DNA of 64,000 nt from Opitutales bacterium. Lineage in GTDB: Bacteria; Verrucomicrobiota; Verrucomicrobiia; Opitutales; T3Sed10-336. Every line of letters begins with the position of its first letter. The first letter of the stretch is position 1. The stretch covers positions 7,817-71,816 of the forward strand of contig JAIUMY010000001.1 in assembly GCA_022565335.1 (NCBI GenBank). The letters run 5' to 3'. The notes beneath the pieces were generated by a model. That model saw nothing but the letters and a program-made list of their open reading frames with translations. It ran no database searches and was not told the DNA's origin. Position numbers and translations under genes: made by a program. Of this stretch, positions 8,552 to 19,601 are shown in pieces.

Positions 8552-9451
8552 TCAATACAAATAGCCAGTTTTTAACAATGTATCCTCTCCTAAACTACAA
8601 AAGACGCGCTCTTCGACGGCCTTCTTGTCCTCGCCGGAAAACCCATCGGGCAAAAAGGCAAAACACGCACTGCCACTACCGGTCATTTGCAGAGTAAGGC
8701 CGAATTCCTCGAAAAACTGCCGGCCCAAAACCGGCAACGCGGGGTACTTTTCCGCCACCAATGGATACAAGTCGTTGGGCAGACCCTGAATTTGCTCAAC
8801 GTTGGCCAAACGTTTCGTTTCCGCGTGACGCCATTTCTCAGGGGAAACCTGGTTGGCTTCCGTGGTTTTCAACGCTTTGTTCCGCCATTTCTGAAAGGCC
8901 CACGCCGTGGGAACTGAAAAATAGGGTTTTAAAACCAGTACCCGCTGATGGTGAAGTTTTTGGTACAGGGACTCGGCCAAAGGCTGAAGGATCTCCCCCC
9001 TCCCCAAAAAGCCAACTGCCCGACCTTCGGTAAAGAGGGGACAATCCGACCCCAGGGTGGCGGCCATAGCGATCCGTTCGGGCTTGGACAATCGTTCTCC
9101 GGACAAAGCCTCCAAACCAAGAAGGGTCTGTACGGCATTACTGCTTCCCCCGCCCAAACCGGCTTCCACGGGCAGGTTTTTTTGCAGATGCAAACGAACC
9201 GGCGGGAGCTGCGGGAATTTTTTACGGAAAGCCATAACGGCCCGATAAACCAGATTTGCCTCGTCTGCGGGCAAGTCCGCGCCACTGATCTCCAATTCAA
9301 CCGGACTCTTGCCCGGTGACCATTCCAGCGAAAGCTCATCCCCCCAATCCAACAGCGCGACCAGGGAGGACAATTCATGAAACCCATCCTCCCGATGCGG
9401 TCCGACCCGAAGGGAAAGATTGATTTTTGCCGGACAAAAACGGGTGATCAT
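8552..9451 (-). CDS. ispE: 4-diphosphocytidyl-2-C-methyl-D-erythritol kinase
   Basis: CPAKINLSLRVGPHREDGFHEL and the GLGGGSSNA GHMP loop. 4-nt overlap with the upstream gene. Confidence 0.9.
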   Translation of the reverse strand: MITRFCPAKINLSLRVGPHREDGFHELSSLVALLDWGDELSLEWSPGKSPVELEISGADLPADEANLVYRAVMAFRKKFPQLPPVRLHLQKNLPVEAGLGGGSSNAVQTLLGLEALSGERLSKPERIAMAATLGSDCPLFTEGRAVGFLGRGEILQPLAESLYQKLHHQRVLVLKPYFSVPTAWAFQKWRNKALKTTEANQVSPEKWRHAETKRLANVEQIQGLPNDLYPLVAEKYPALPVLGRQFFEEFGLTLQMTGSGSACFAFLPDGFSGEDKKAVEERVFCSLGEDTLLKTGYLY

Positions 9452-10890
9452 TCAGCCTCCTTTGCGGTCAGACCAAACGCATCCCGCATGGCCTTGAATT
9501 TCAACTCGGTTTCCGCCCACTCGGTATCCGGTTGGGAGTCGGCAACGATCCCGGCCCCGGCAAACAAACGCAATCGGTCCCCCTTTAAAAGAGCCGAGCG
9601 AATGGCCACCAGGAAATCCATGCACCCTTTCGGGCCGATCCATCCAAGCGTTCCCGCATAGGGGCCGCGGGCAAAAGTCTCCAACCGGGGAATCGCCGCC
9701 AAGGCGGGCGGCAAGGGTTTACCCCCCACCGCCGGGGTGGGATGCAGCCCGTCCAGAACCTCCATCGGGGAAAGCCCCTCTCTTCCCTCCCCATGCACGG
9801 GCGTGCGGAGATGATGGACATTGGGCAAGGTGAGAAGTCGCGGCGAAGGCAAGGGTTGGATCATCAGCCCGAGAGTCTTAAAACGCTTGAGAATGGTATC
9901 AATCACCAGTTGGTGCTCGTGCCGGTCCTTGATACTTTCCAAAAGCGCGCCTCCGCGCCGGGCATCTTCCACTGCAGTTTTACCGCGGGCGGCCGAACCG
10001 GCGATGGCCTCGGTCCGGTACAGATTTCCGTTCACTTGAAGAAGCCGCTCGGGGGTCGCCCCCAGAAAGCTTTCCCCAAGTCCAGCGGAAAAGGAAAAAT
10101 TAAAACAGACAGGATATTGATTGCGGAGATCATTGAGCGCGGCCAAAGGCGCAATGGGACGGGAAAAGCGAAGGTCCAAGGCCCGCGCCAAAACCACTTT
10201 TTCATAATCCCCCCGATGAATCTCTTGCAGCGCCTGGGCCACCGCCTTCCGGTAGGCCTCCGGGCCTCCGGCTTCCTTTTCCTCCACAACCGGTGCCGGG
10301 AAGCCTCCATCGGCAGCCGGGGTATGATAACGGAAGCGGGAAAAGGTTTTATGCGCCCGCCAAACCCGCTGCCCTTCTTTGGACAAATCTCCTTCCGGGG
10401 TTATGCGCAGGTTGGCCGTAGCAGTACAGACCCCTTGCACCGCCGCAACCTGCCAGCGGGGAATAAAAAAATACCCGCTGGGAAAAGAACTTCCGTCTCC
10501 AGGTTCTTCCGCAAAAGTAAACCCTCCAAGGGCATGAGGCCCGCTGAAAGCGAGCCCGGAAGGGCCGGTGTAAATGGTCCGGCGAAAAATATCCTCAGTC
10601 CAGACGCCCACTTTGGTGAAGCGGTCTTTTCCGGATACCCTCACCTCTTCTACCACCTCCGCCCCGGCCAAACCGGTTTCGGCGGAGGGCTGCTCCCAGT
10701 AAAAATGCGGTTGGGTTTCCTCGTATATGGATTCCAATACCGCCAAGGGGTCCAAATGCGCCACCGGCAACGAGACGGAAACGATTTTCGCCTCCCCATC
10801 GGCCTGCGCCATGTCTTGGCAGTCCCGCAGAAACGAAAGGAAATTTTCCTCACTCAAGGAAGAAAACTGTTCCAGCGGAATCGTCTTCAC
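9448..10890 (-). CDS. menF: Isochorismate synthase (chorismate-binding enzyme)
   Basis: Motifs ATPERLL, KDRHEHQLV, LHPTPAVGG, YAGTLGWI and GAGIVADSQPDTEWAETELK. Confidence 0.8.
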   Translation of the reverse strand: MKTIPLEQFSSLSEENFLSFLRDCQDMAQADGEAKIVSVSLPVAHLDPLAVLESIYEETQPHFYWEQPSAETGLAGAEVVEEVRVSGKDRFTKVGVWTEDIFRRTIYTGPSGLAFSGPHALGGFTFAEEPGDGSSFPSGYFFIPRWQVAAVQGVCTATANLRITPEGDLSKEGQRVWRAHKTFSRFRYHTPAADGGFPAPVVEEKEAGGPEAYRKAVAQALQEIHRGDYEKVVLARALDLRFSRPIAPLAALNDLRNQYPVCFNFSFSAGLGESFLGATPERLLQVNGNLYRTEAIAGSAARGKTAVEDARRGGALLESIKDRHEHQLVIDTILKRFKTLGLMIQPLPSPRLLTLPNVHHLRTPVHGEGREGLSPMEVLDGLHPTPAVGGKPLPPALAAIPRLETFARGPYAGTLGWIGPKGCMDFLVAIRSALLKGDRLRLFAGAGIVADSQPDTEWAETELKFKAMRDAFGLTAKEAE

Positions 10891-12434
10891 GGAGCTTCAT
10901 TCGGTTTGGGACGAGGGAAAAGAATGACCGGCTTGCCGATTTCACGACCCGCCAAACGGTCCGACCAGGAGAGATCATCGCCCCATTGCGCCACCAGGTT
11001 TTCCCCGAGCAAGTTGCCGACCTTTTCCGCCGTTCCGGGAATCACCGGACTGAGCAGAAGCGCGCTGAGACGAATCCCTTCCACCATGTGAAAGAGGCAG
11101 GTGCTGACCAAAGCCTGATCCTCCGGATCCTCGCTCTTGGCGCGTTTCCAGGGAGTGCGCTGCTCGGCATACCGGTTCAATCCGCGGACAAACTGAAAAA
11201 CCCGCTCCAAGCCACTGTGAAACTGCATCCCCTCAAAAAGCTCGAGGGCTTCCCGGCAAGTGGTTTCCCAATCATCGCGCAGGGTTTGTTCCTCTTCCTT
11301 GATCACCGGATCGGTCGGCATAACACCTTTCAAATACCGCTGGCTCATGTTCAGGGCACGGCTTACCAGATTTCCGAAATCGTTGGCCAAGTCGCTGTTG
11401 TAACGACTCATAAACAAATCGAGGGAAAAATCGGAATCCTGCCCGACATTCATTTCCCGGGTAACAAAATAACGGAACGCATCAGGCCCGAATTGCTCGA
11501 TCAGATCGAGGGGGTTCACGATATTGCCGGTGCTTTTGGCCATCTTGGAACCACTCTTGAGCCACCACCCGTGCACCAAAAGATGCTTCGGCGGTTCAAT
11601 GCCACAGGCCTTCAGCATAATCGGCCAGTAAACGGCATGCGGGGGAATCATAATATCCTTCCCGATAACGTGAAAATCCACCGGCCAGTTTTCGGCAAAA
11701 CGTTCCTCTCCATATCCCACCGCACTGATATAATTGGTCAGCGCGTCGAACCAAACATAGGTCACATACTCCTCATCAAATGGAAGGGGAATGCCCCATT
11801 CGAGCCGTTCTTTGGGACGGGAAATACAGAGATCGTTGATCGGCTCCTTGAGAAATTCCAAAACGTCCTTCTGCCGGTAACGGGGAAAAATAAAATCTTC
11901 GCGTTCGCGCAGAAATTCCACCAACCAATCCTGATAGTTGCTCAGACGGAAAAAATAATTTTTCTCGGAAATCTCCACCACTTCGCCGAACTCCTCCGGC
12001 CAAGCCCCGTTCACTTTGTCCTTTTCCTGCAAAAACTGCTCCGCCCGGGTGCTGTAAAAGCCCTCGTATTCGGCCTCATAGATCTGGCCCTCATCCCAAA
12101 GCTTTTGCAGAAGCGAACGGACGACAACTTTATGGCGCTCCTCGGTCGTCCGAATGTAGTCGTTGTTGCTGATCTTCAAATCGCGACAAAGGCTTTGAAA
12201 GTCCCGCGCGGCCTCATCGCAAAGCTCCTGCGGCTCTATCCCCAATTTGCGGGCGGTCTGTTGGACCTTTTGGCCGTGCTCATCCAATCCGGTGAGAAAA
12301 TGGACCGTATCCCCTTTCAGGCGACGGAAACGAGCCACCACATCGGTCAACACTTTTTCGTAGGCGTGCCCCAAATGCGGTTTGCCGTTGGCATAATCAA
12401 TTGCAGTCGTGATGTAAAAATTCTTCGGTTTCAT
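10887..12434 (-). CDS. metG: Methionine--tRNA ligase
   Basis: HLGHAYE (HIGH) and KMAKSTGN (KMSKS), 515 aa. 4-nt overlap with menF. Confidence 0.95.
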   Translation of the reverse strand: MKPKNFYITTAIDYANGKPHLGHAYEKVLTDVVARFRRLKGDTVHFLTGLDEHGQKVQQTARKLGIEPQELCDEAARDFQSLCRDLKISNNDYIRTTEERHKVVVRSLLQKLWDEGQIYEAEYEGFYSTRAEQFLQEKDKVNGAWPEEFGEVVEISEKNYFFRLSNYQDWLVEFLREREDFIFPRYRQKDVLEFLKEPINDLCISRPKERLEWGIPLPFDEEYVTYVWFDALTNYISAVGYGEERFAENWPVDFHVIGKDIMIPPHAVYWPIMLKACGIEPPKHLLVHGWWLKSGSKMAKSTGNIVNPLDLIEQFGPDAFRYFVTREMNVGQDSDFSLDLFMSRYNSDLANDFGNLVSRALNMSQRYLKGVMPTDPVIKEEEQTLRDDWETTCREALELFEGMQFHSGLERVFQFVRGLNRYAEQRTPWKRAKSEDPEDQALVSTCLFHMVEGIRLSALLLSPVIPGTAEKVGNLLGENLVAQWGDDLSWSDRLAGREIGKPVILFPRPKPNEAP

Positions 12435-12617
12435 GGGTCAAAGTCCTCGCCTGCGGAATCAGCGAAAAAGACCATCAATCTGCCACCCTCCGGTCATCAA
12501 GGCAACGGTGTTTTTCCGAAAGGCGCATTCCGGGAAGAACTATGCAAGAAACGGCATTCGCGGCCCGAATGACTGACTTCCCTGGAATTCAGCGTCGCAA
12601 ACATTAAAGACCCTGAC

Positions 12618-13460
12618 TTGAAAGGGCTCCTCCATTCCCGCAATGCAGCCCCCTGGCGAATTCAATGGGCGGGCTTTATCGAATCCAAGCCAATCCAACG
12701 GTTCATCATCGCGGTTATTATTCTTAATGCGGCCATTATGGGAATGGAAACCGACGCGGGTCTTATGCTTTCTTTCGGACCGGGATTGATCCTCATCGAT
12801 AAGCTTTGCCTTATGATTTTTGTGGTGGAACTTTGTATAAAGCTTGCCGCCTACCGCTCGCTTTTTTGGCGAAATGGTTGGAATATTTTTGACTTTGCCG
12901 TAGTCGCCGTCGCACTGATCCCCGGGGCCGGGGTTTGGGCGGTCTTGCGCTCCCTAAGGGTCCTCCGGGTACTGCGACTTTTGACCGTGATTCCCTACCT
13001 GCGAAAGGTTGTCGCGGCCTTCCTGCATTCCATTCCGGGGCTCAGCGAAGTGGTTATGGTCATGTGCATCTTTTTCTATACCGCTGCGATTCTGGCGACC
13101 AACCTATTCGGACACACCCACCCGGAGTGGTTTGGCTCTATCGGCAAGAGCCTCTTCAGCCTCTTTCAAATCATGACCCTGGAAAGCTGGAGTATGAGCA
13201 TCGCCCGCCCGGTCATGGAAATTCATCCTTTCGCCTGGGCCTTTTTTATTCCGCTCATCACCATTGCCACTTTTACGATCCTCAATTTGTTCATCGGGAT
13301 CATCGTCTCAACCATGCAAGAGCTTTCAATCCCCGCCCCGAAGAAGCCGGAAGAGATCCCCGAGACCGAAGCGACTCTCGACGCTATGGAAGCGCAGCTT
13401 ACCAAACTACGGGAACAACTCGCACAACAAAGCCATCCCGGCCCGCGAAGCACCCATTGA
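12618..13460 (+). CDS. Voltage-gated sodium channel, single-domain BacNav/NaChBac family
   Basis: S4 voltage sensor LRSLRVLRVLRLLTVIP. Pore/selectivity filter FQIMTLESWSMSIARPVM. The only in-frame start is TTG, so the start is uncertain. Confidence 0.85.
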   Translation: MKGLLHSRNAAPWRIQWAGFIESKPIQRFIIAVIILNAAIMGMETDAGLMLSFGPGLILIDKLCLMIFVVELCIKLAAYRSLFWRNGWNIFDFAVVAVALIPGAGVWAVLRSLRVLRVLRLLTVIPYLRKVVAAFLHSIPGLSEVVMVMCIFFYTAAILATNLFGHTHPEWFGSIGKSLFSLFQIMTLESWSMSIARPVMEIHPFAWAFFIPLITIATFTILNLFIGIIVSTMQELSIPAPKKPEEIPETEATLDAMEAQLTKLREQLAQQSHPGPRSTH

Positions 13461-13539
13461 GCGCCCCGGGAGAAATCCCATCATCATCCTTTGGGAAGGA
13501 TGTCGCAAACCTGTTCCTGCACTCGCTCTGCGAGGCGTT

Positions 13540-13800
13540 GTGTTGGGGGATACCTCCTTTCCCGTGGGTTGCCACCCACGGCTACCCTCGATTCGCCCCG
13601 CTGGGGCTCAGACACAACAGATTCCCGAAGACCACACCTGCCGGGCCCCGTAGGGATCGCCCCGCTGGGGCTCAGGCTCAACAGGTCCCGTAGGGACCGC
13701 CCGAGGGTAGGCGTGGACGAAAGTCCACGTTCTCGCATGGTCTCCCTTCCATCGTCTCGCAGAGCGAGACCGGAACGGGGGCTTACAAGGGCGCCTACCC
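13540..13800. repeat. Cluster of GC-rich hairpins and short direct repeats in a convergent intergenic region
   Basis: 19-nt tcgccccgctggggctcag occurs at 13593 and 13657. Hairpins are gtgggttgccacccac, gtcccgtagggac, cgtggacgaaagtccacg and gtctcgcagagcgagac. gggtaggcg/cgcctaccc pair across ~85 nt. Confidence 0.6.
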
Positions 13801-16368
13801 TTTGACCACCAGATTCAGAATCCGACCGGGAACGAAGATCACTTTGACCAATTCCTTGCCTTCGAGATGCTGCGCGACCCGGGGTTGCTCACGGGCGATC
13901 GCCAGGACGGCATCCTTATCCGCCGTTTTATCAACCATAGCTTCGCCACGGTATTTCCCGTTGATCTGGAAAACAATCTTCACCTCGTCGGTTTTCACCT
14001 TGCTTTCGTCGAAAACGGGCCAACCGGCATAGACCACCGATCCCTCTCCGCCCAAGCGGGCCCAGAGTTCCTCGCCAACATGCGGCGCCAGCGGTGCCAC
14101 CAAACGAACCAGGTCACAGGCGGTTTCGCGGCTGACCTCGTTTTTACGACCGAGGTGATTCACCAGGATCATCAACTGAGAGAGCGCGGTATTCAGACGA
14201 AGGTTCTCAATGTCCTCGGTCACTTTGGCGATGGTCTGGTGGAGAAGGCGTGAAGTCTCGGCATCCTTTTCGGGCCCTTCGTGCAGTTTTCCGGCCAGAG
14301 CTCCGTCGGCTCCCACGACTTCGCGCCAGAGCTTTTTGAGGAAACGGGAAACCCCTTCGATTCCCTTGGTATTCCAGGGCTTCATCTGTTCCAATGGCCC
14401 AAGGAACATCAAGTAACAGCGCAGGGCGTCGGCCCCATACTGGTCGATAATCTCATCCGGATTGACCACATTGCCGAGGGATTTGGACATTTTCTGCCCA
14501 TCCTCCCCGAGAATAATCCCCTGGTGGAAAAGCTTGGAAAAAGGTTCTTTCTTCTTGGTAATCCCCAAATCATAGAGGAATTTATGCCAGAAACGCGCAT
14601 ACAAAAGGTGCAGCACGGCATGCTCCGCACCCCCGATGTAGTAATCCGGAACCCCCCAATAGGCTTCTTTCCCGGGCGCCACCAAGGCCTCCTCATTGGT
14701 GGGATCGAGGAAACGCAGGTAATACCAGCAAGAGCCCGCCCATTGCGGCATGGTGTTGGTTTCCCGGCGCGCGGGTAGCCAATCCGAATCGTCGGCTTTA
14801 TCAGGATTCCCGGCCTGAGGGAGGGTTTCCCCGGTCTGCCGGTGCACCCAGACTTCCACCCACTCGGGAATGGTGGCCAGCGGGCTTTCTCCGGTCCCGG
14901 AGGGCTGATACGCCGGCACCTCGGGAAGGGTTAAAGGCAGATCCTGCTCGGGGAGGGTGATGGCGTATAGGGCTTGTCCCTCGTGCTCGTAGGAAACCGG
15001 GGTTTCCGGCTTCCACTCGGCGGCAACGTTTTGGTAATCTTGCTCGCTGACCCATAGAATGGGAAAAGGCTCGCCCCAGAAACGCTGACGGGAAAACAGC
15101 CAATCACGCAGACGGTATTGCACACTCGCCTTCCCCTCCCCTTGGGCGGCCAGATCGGCGGTGATTTTGGCTTTCGCCTCCTCCACCTCCAGGCCGCTGT
15201 AGGAGCCCGAGTTGACGAGTTTGCCGGGACCGGAGTACGGCAGAGGCTGAGCCTCATCGTCCCCTCCGCTGATCACGCGGGGAATGGGCAAGTTGTATTG
15301 CTCGGCAAACGCAAAATCACGCTCGTCGTGGGCCGGGACCGCCATGATCGCGCCGGTGCCGTAGCTCATCAGAACATAATCAGCCACCCAAATGGGAATC
15401 TCCTCGCCATTGACCGGATTGGTGGCGTAACTGCCGGTGAAGACCCCGCTTTTTTCCTTGGCCAGATCAGTCCGGTCCAGGTCGCTTTTGTTGACCGCCT
15501 GCTGAATGTAGGCCTCAACTGCCTCTTTGTATTCGTCGGTGGTAAGCTTGCGGCAAAGCGGATGTTCGGGGGCGATGACCATATAAGTGGCCCCAAAGAG
15601 CGTGTCCGGACGGGTGGTGAAGACGATCAGCTGGTCGTCAGGAAGGGAAGGCAAAGCAAAGGTTATTTCCGCCCCCTCGGACCGACCGATCCAGGCTTCC
15701 TGTTGGCGCTTGGTGCTGTCGGGCCAGTCCAGGCCTTGCAAATCCTCGAGCAAACGGTCGGCGTAGGCGGTGATTTTCAAGACCCATTGGCGGAGATTGC
15801 GTCGCTCCACCGGATGGTTCCCGCGCTCGGAAAGACCGTCGATGACCTCTTCGTTGGCCAGCACCGTCCGCAACTCCGGACACCACCAAACCGGGCGCTC
15901 ATCGACATAGGCGAGCCCCCGCCGGAACAGTTCACGAAAGATCCACTGGGTCCACTTGTAATAGCGGGGATCGGTGGTATCGATTTCCCGGTCCCAGTCA
16001 TAGGAGAACCCCAGTTCCTTGATCTGCCGCCGGAAGTTGTCGATATTCCTGCGGTTGGTTTCCCGGGGATGCGTACCCGTCTTGATGGCATATTGCTCCG
16101 TGGGGAGACCAAAGGCATCCCACCCCATCGGGTGCAGGACGTTGAAGCCCCGGGCACGCTTATAGCGGGCAAGAATATCGGAAGCGGTGTACCCCTCGGG
16201 ATGCCCAATATGCAAACCCGCCCCGGAGGGATAGGGAAACATGTCGAGAATATAGTATTTCGGCTTGTCGGCGAAATCTTCGGCGCGGAAGGTTTTTTCC
16301 GTGTCCCAAATGTTCTGCCAATGTTTTTCAATCTCCGCAGGTGTGTAGTCGGTGCAATTCGTGGCCAT
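13795..16368 (-). CDS. leuS: Leucine--tRNA ligase
   Basis: [16 protein letters not shown] (HIGH) and KMSKSLGN, 857 aa. Confidence 0.95.
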   Translation of the reverse strand: MATNCTDYTPAEIEKHWQNIWDTEKTFRAEDFADKPKYYILDMFPYPSGAGLHIGHPEGYTASDILARYKRARGFNVLHPMGWDAFGLPTEQYAIKTGTHPRETNRRNIDNFRRQIKELGFSYDWDREIDTTDPRYYKWTQWIFRELFRRGLAYVDERPVWWCPELRTVLANEEVIDGLSERGNHPVERRNLRQWVLKITAYADRLLEDLQGLDWPDSTKRQQEAWIGRSEGAEITFALPSLPDDQLIVFTTRPDTLFGATYMVIAPEHPLCRKLTTDEYKEAVEAYIQQAVNKSDLDRTDLAKEKSGVFTGSYATNPVNGEEIPIWVADYVLMSYGTGAIMAVPAHDERDFAFAEQYNLPIPRVISGGDDEAQPLPYSGPGKLVNSGSYSGLEVEEAKAKITADLAAQGEGKASVQYRLRDWLFSRQRFWGEPFPILWVSEQDYQNVAAEWKPETPVSYEHEGQALYAITLPEQDLPLTLPEVPAYQPSGTGESPLATIPEWVEVWVHRQTGETLPQAGNPDKADDSDWLPARRETNTMPQWAGSCWYYLRFLDPTNEEALVAPGKEAYWGVPDYYIGGAEHAVLHLLYARFWHKFLYDLGITKKKEPFSKLFHQGIILGEDGQKMSKSLGNVVNPDEIIDQYGADALRCYLMFLGPLEQMKPWNTKGIEGVSRFLKKLWREVVGADGALAGKLHEGPEKDAETSRLLHQTIAKVTEDIENLRLNTALSQLMILVNHLGRKNEVSRETACDLVRLVAPLAPHVGEELWARLGGEGSVVYAGWPVFDESKVKTDEVKIVFQINGKYRGEAMVDKTADKDAVLAIAREQPRVAQHLEGKELVKVIFVPGRILNLVVKG

Positions 16369-16460
16369 GATAGTAAAAAAGCGATCATCTTGAACTGTCC
16401 CACTGGGAAGGTCAAAGCGGAAACAACCAAACGGACGATCGAGAATGCCCCCGGGTCACC

Positions 16461-18131
16461 TTATTCGAATCCCCGGGCCGTGCGATTCTCGCAAATCATT
16501 TCCAACCGTTCCCTCATCAGCTTGCCAATGCGAATGGGACAACAGTACTCAGTAATCTGCTCCTTGGCCAATTGCCCGATCCTCCGGGCTTTTGCCGGAT
16601 CCTTGGCCAAAGAGACCAAATGCTCCACCGCATGATCAACCTTGGGATCCGCCCAAGTACCCCCATATTCGCCATAAAATCCACCTGCCGGCACCGGAAT
16701 AACGTCGTAATCGACCAGACAAGAATTTTCGTCGGTCATAAAGTCGGTATTGCCGGAATAATTCGTTGCCACCACCGGTTTTCCAAGCGCCATGCATTCG
16801 GCCAAATTCAAGCCAAAGCCTTCCGCCCGATGCAAGGAAAGGAAAACATCACAGCGTTTTTGCAGCCAAACCAACTGTGCGCGGGGAACATGCCGGGAGA
16901 TCACAGTGATTTCCGGACAATCTTTCACTTTCTCCATCAGCCGTTGCCACTCGGGCGAATCCTCGCGCACACTATGGGTTTTGAGAACCAAATGAATATT
17001 CGGACAGGATTCCCTCGCTTTTAAACAGGCCTCGAGGCAAGCTTCCGGGTTTTTGCGCTCCATGTAGGAGTTACAATCGTAAATAAAAAGCACCAAAAAA
17101 CGATTGTTCGGCAACGTAAGCCCTGGAATCTCCTCCTCCGCCCACGGCCTGGGAGGAAGACAAGGGGGAAATTGATGAACGGGAACCGGCGAAACGGCAT
17201 GAAAGGCTTTGAAGTTAAAGGACGATGCCACCCATAATTCATCGAGCTTTTTTAGTTCGCTGCGAAAGGCCCCGGTGATTTCCGGCAACTCCCAATACCA
17301 AAATCCTATATTATAGTATTCTGGCAGACAAAACTCAGGGAGATGCCTTTGCACATAAGTTAATTCGGGGGCATTCACGTGCAGGAGGTTGATCGGGTAT
17401 TGAAAACCCTCCCGACAATTCGCCTCTTCCTCTGGTTGCGAGCCAGTACTGTTTACCGCCATAGGAGCCACCACTCTTTGGTTGGGGACTTCTGCTGCTT
17501 TAAGGCAAGCGACCGAGGACCGCGCGGCCTGAGCCAAACCAAAGTCATGACCAAAAAATCCCACCACATTAACTCCTGGGAAATCCGTTTTTTGGGAGCC
17601 CTTTTTATTTCGTTTATCCTCCGCCATCAGGGAGGTCCTCCGCAAAATATTTAGAATCTCCTCCGGACTTGAGGTGGCCAGGGTTTTCTTCCACGCCCGC
17701 TTTATCTTTTGCCAGGAAGAAGAGAAGGAATGAACCCATATGGTTTTTCCCCAAAGAGGAATGCCCTCGGAAGATTCATCACAGTAGCCCTCGAGAATCA
17801 ATTTGTATCGGCCTGGCGGAAGATAGAAAGTCTTTTTAAAACCACACCATTCCTCCGCCTCCAGGGCGGGCCGTAGATGATCCTTAACATCTGGCCGCAA
17901 TTCGCGCGGAAGCTTTTGCCGGCGCCCGTTGATCGTCAAAACCACGGAGTGCATGGCCTGTCCTTCCAGACCCAAAGCCCACCCCTTGATAGTCATGGAC
18001 AAAGCCCTCGAATGCCACCTGTCCCAAGGGATTTCATCGAGAGTAAACAGGCACTTGCCGGGGTCCTTCTTCGGAGAGCTTTGATTCATAGAGTGAGCCT
18101 TTAAAAACCCAACACTATCTTGAAACCTCAC
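16461..18131 (-). CDS. Glycosyltransferase, GT-B fold (group 1/GT4-like) with extra N-terminal domain
   Basis: C-terminal HRAEGFGLNLAECMALGKPVVATNYSGNTDFM. GTG start at 18131, with an alternative ATG at 18089. Confidence 0.75.
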   Translation of the reverse strand: MRFQDSVGFLKAHSMNQSSPKKDPGKCLFTLDEIPWDRWHSRALSMTIKGWALGLEGQAMHSVVLTINGRRQKLPRELRPDVKDHLRPALEAEEWCGFKKTFYLPPGRYKLILEGYCDESSEGIPLWGKTIWVHSFSSSWQKIKRAWKKTLATSSPEEILNILRRTSLMAEDKRNKKGSQKTDFPGVNVVGFFGHDFGLAQAARSSVACLKAAEVPNQRVVAPMAVNSTGSQPEEEANCREGFQYPINLLHVNAPELTYVQRHLPEFCLPEYYNIGFWYWELPEITGAFRSELKKLDELWVASSFNFKAFHAVSPVPVHQFPPCLPPRPWAEEEIPGLTLPNNRFLVLFIYDCNSYMERKNPEACLEACLKARESCPNIHLVLKTHSVREDSPEWQRLMEKVKDCPEITVISRHVPRAQLVWLQKRCDVFLSLHRAEGFGLNLAECMALGKPVVATNYSGNTDFMTDENSCLVDYDVIPVPAGGFYGEYGGTWADPKVDHAVEHLVSLAKDPAKARRIGQLAKEQITEYCCPIRIGKLMRERLEMICENRTARGFE

Positions 18132-18225
18132 TCGCAGGGAAACAAAAAACGAAGAAAAGCGTTCGAGCCCGACATTCGGCGCTTTGGGGGTTTACTCATT
18201 TCCCCATGGCGATCATTCTTGTAAC

Positions 18226-19287
18226 ATGATTTTCCGCTGCAAAGCTCCGGTGCGCATTTGCGATTTGGGAGGATGGACCGATACCTGGTTCGCTCAATCC
18301 GGGTGCATTCTAAATATTGCCGTCTACCCATGTGTTGAGGTAAGTGTTAAGGTGCGGAAAAGAGTGGAGAACGATTCCCATTTTATTATTCGGGCGGAGA
18401 ATTATGGCGAAACACTCCACTTTCCCAGGACCGCCAAAGCCGGACAAGACGAAGAAATGTTCGGCAAATACGCTCTCTTGCGGGTTGCCTGTGAGGCGTT
18501 TTCCCTTCCCGAGGCTCTTTGCTTTGAAGTTTCCATTTTTTCGGAAGCACCCGCCGGAGCCTCGATCGGAACTTCCGCCTCGGTCTCCGTAGCTATCCTT
18601 GGAGCCCTCGATTTATTCGCCCAAAGCCAGGCCTCTCCCTATCAGATTGCGCAGAAAGCGCACCACCTTGAAAGCGAAGTCCTGGGATGGCAGTCAGGTG
18701 TTCAGGACCAATTCGCCGCAGTGCATGGGGGAATTTCCTTTATCGAGGTCATTCGATACCCAGATGCCAAAATTTCGCCGGTCGAGATCTCCCCAAGCCT
18801 TTTCAATGAGTTGGAATCCCGTTTACTTCTGGTATATCTGGGAAAACCCCATTGCTCCTCCGAGGTGCACAATCGGGTCATTGCTAAAATGCAATCCAAC
18901 CCCGGCTACCGAAAACATTTGCAAGCATTGGCAGCCTGCGCGGATAAAGGTCGGGAGGCTCTCCTGAAAGGTGATTTGGAGGCTTTCGGTCGAACCATGA
19001 TTGACAATACCGAGATCCAGCAGTCGATGGATGCCGACCTGGTCGGCACGCAGGCCAGGAAATTGATTTCTCTGGCCAAAGACTTCGGCGCCTGTGGATA
19101 CAAAGTTAACGGTGCCGGAGGAGATGGAGGATCGATAACCCTCCTCCTGCCGCCTAACCTGGACCTGAAACATAAATGGATGGAAGCCATCAGATCGACG
19201 CATCCGGAATTTACCGTAATCAGTGTAAAAATTGCCCCGGTTGGCTTCCAACGCTGGAGGGCATTCTCAGACTTTCGGCCCTCTTAG
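18226..19287 (+). CDS. GHMP-family sugar kinase (heptose/fucose-kinase-like)
   Basis: MIFRCKAPVRICDLGGWTD N-terminus and the PAGASIGTSASVSVAI GHMP motif. I prefer the ATG at 18226 over the track start at 18184. Confidence 0.75.
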   Translation: MIFRCKAPVRICDLGGWTDTWFAQSGCILNIAVYPCVEVSVKVRKRVENDSHFIIRAENYGETLHFPRTAKAGQDEEMFGKYALLRVACEAFSLPEALCFEVSIFSEAPAGASIGTSASVSVAILGALDLFAQSQASPYQIAQKAHHLESEVLGWQSGVQDQFAAVHGGISFIEVIRYPDAKISPVEISPSLFNELESRLLLVYLGKPHCSSEVHNRVIAKMQSNPGYRKHLQALAACADKGREALLKGDLEAFGRTMIDNTEIQQSMDADLVGTQARKLISLAKDFGACGYKVNGAGGDGGSITLLLPPNLDLKHKWMEAIRSTHPEFTVISVKIAPVGFQRWRAFSDFRPS

Positions 19288-19297
19288 GCCAAGGAGT

Positions 19298-19601
19298 CTA
19301 AAACCAGCCTTTTTTATTGGTCACATAGGTGGCCACAAATTCCTCATCCGATTTGGTGAGATATAAAATGCCCTCGATCAAACCAATAACGCCCATGATA
19401 AAGCCTAAAATACCCAAAGTGAGTACCGTAACCAAAAGCATGATCACGCCTTCTTTGGTATAGCCCAAAATGAATTTGTGAATTCCTAAAGCACCCAAAA
19501 GGATCCCTAAAATCCCCGCCGGGATTTTTTTGTCAGCGCCAGGAATGGCTCGGGAAATCGATGTTTCTGGAGGTGGAGTGGGTGGAGTTTGATCGGACAT
19601 A
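19298..19601 (-). CDS. TM2 domain-containing small membrane protein
   Basis: GILLGALGIHKFILGYTKEGVIMLL matches the G.HKFYLG TM2 signature. ATG MSDQTPP at 19601 is preferred over the longer track ORF. Confidence 0.65.

Noticed and set aside
9742-12572. Long plus-strand ORFs 9742..11091 (449 aa) and 10986..12572 (528 aa).
   Set aside because: They are antisense shadows of menF and metG, which both have unambiguous motifs. The shadow translations are G/R/P-rich with no motifs.
15118-16635. 505-aa plus-strand ORF opposite leuS.
   Set aside because: It is a shadow ORF, because leuS (HIGH/KMSKS) occupies the other strand completely.
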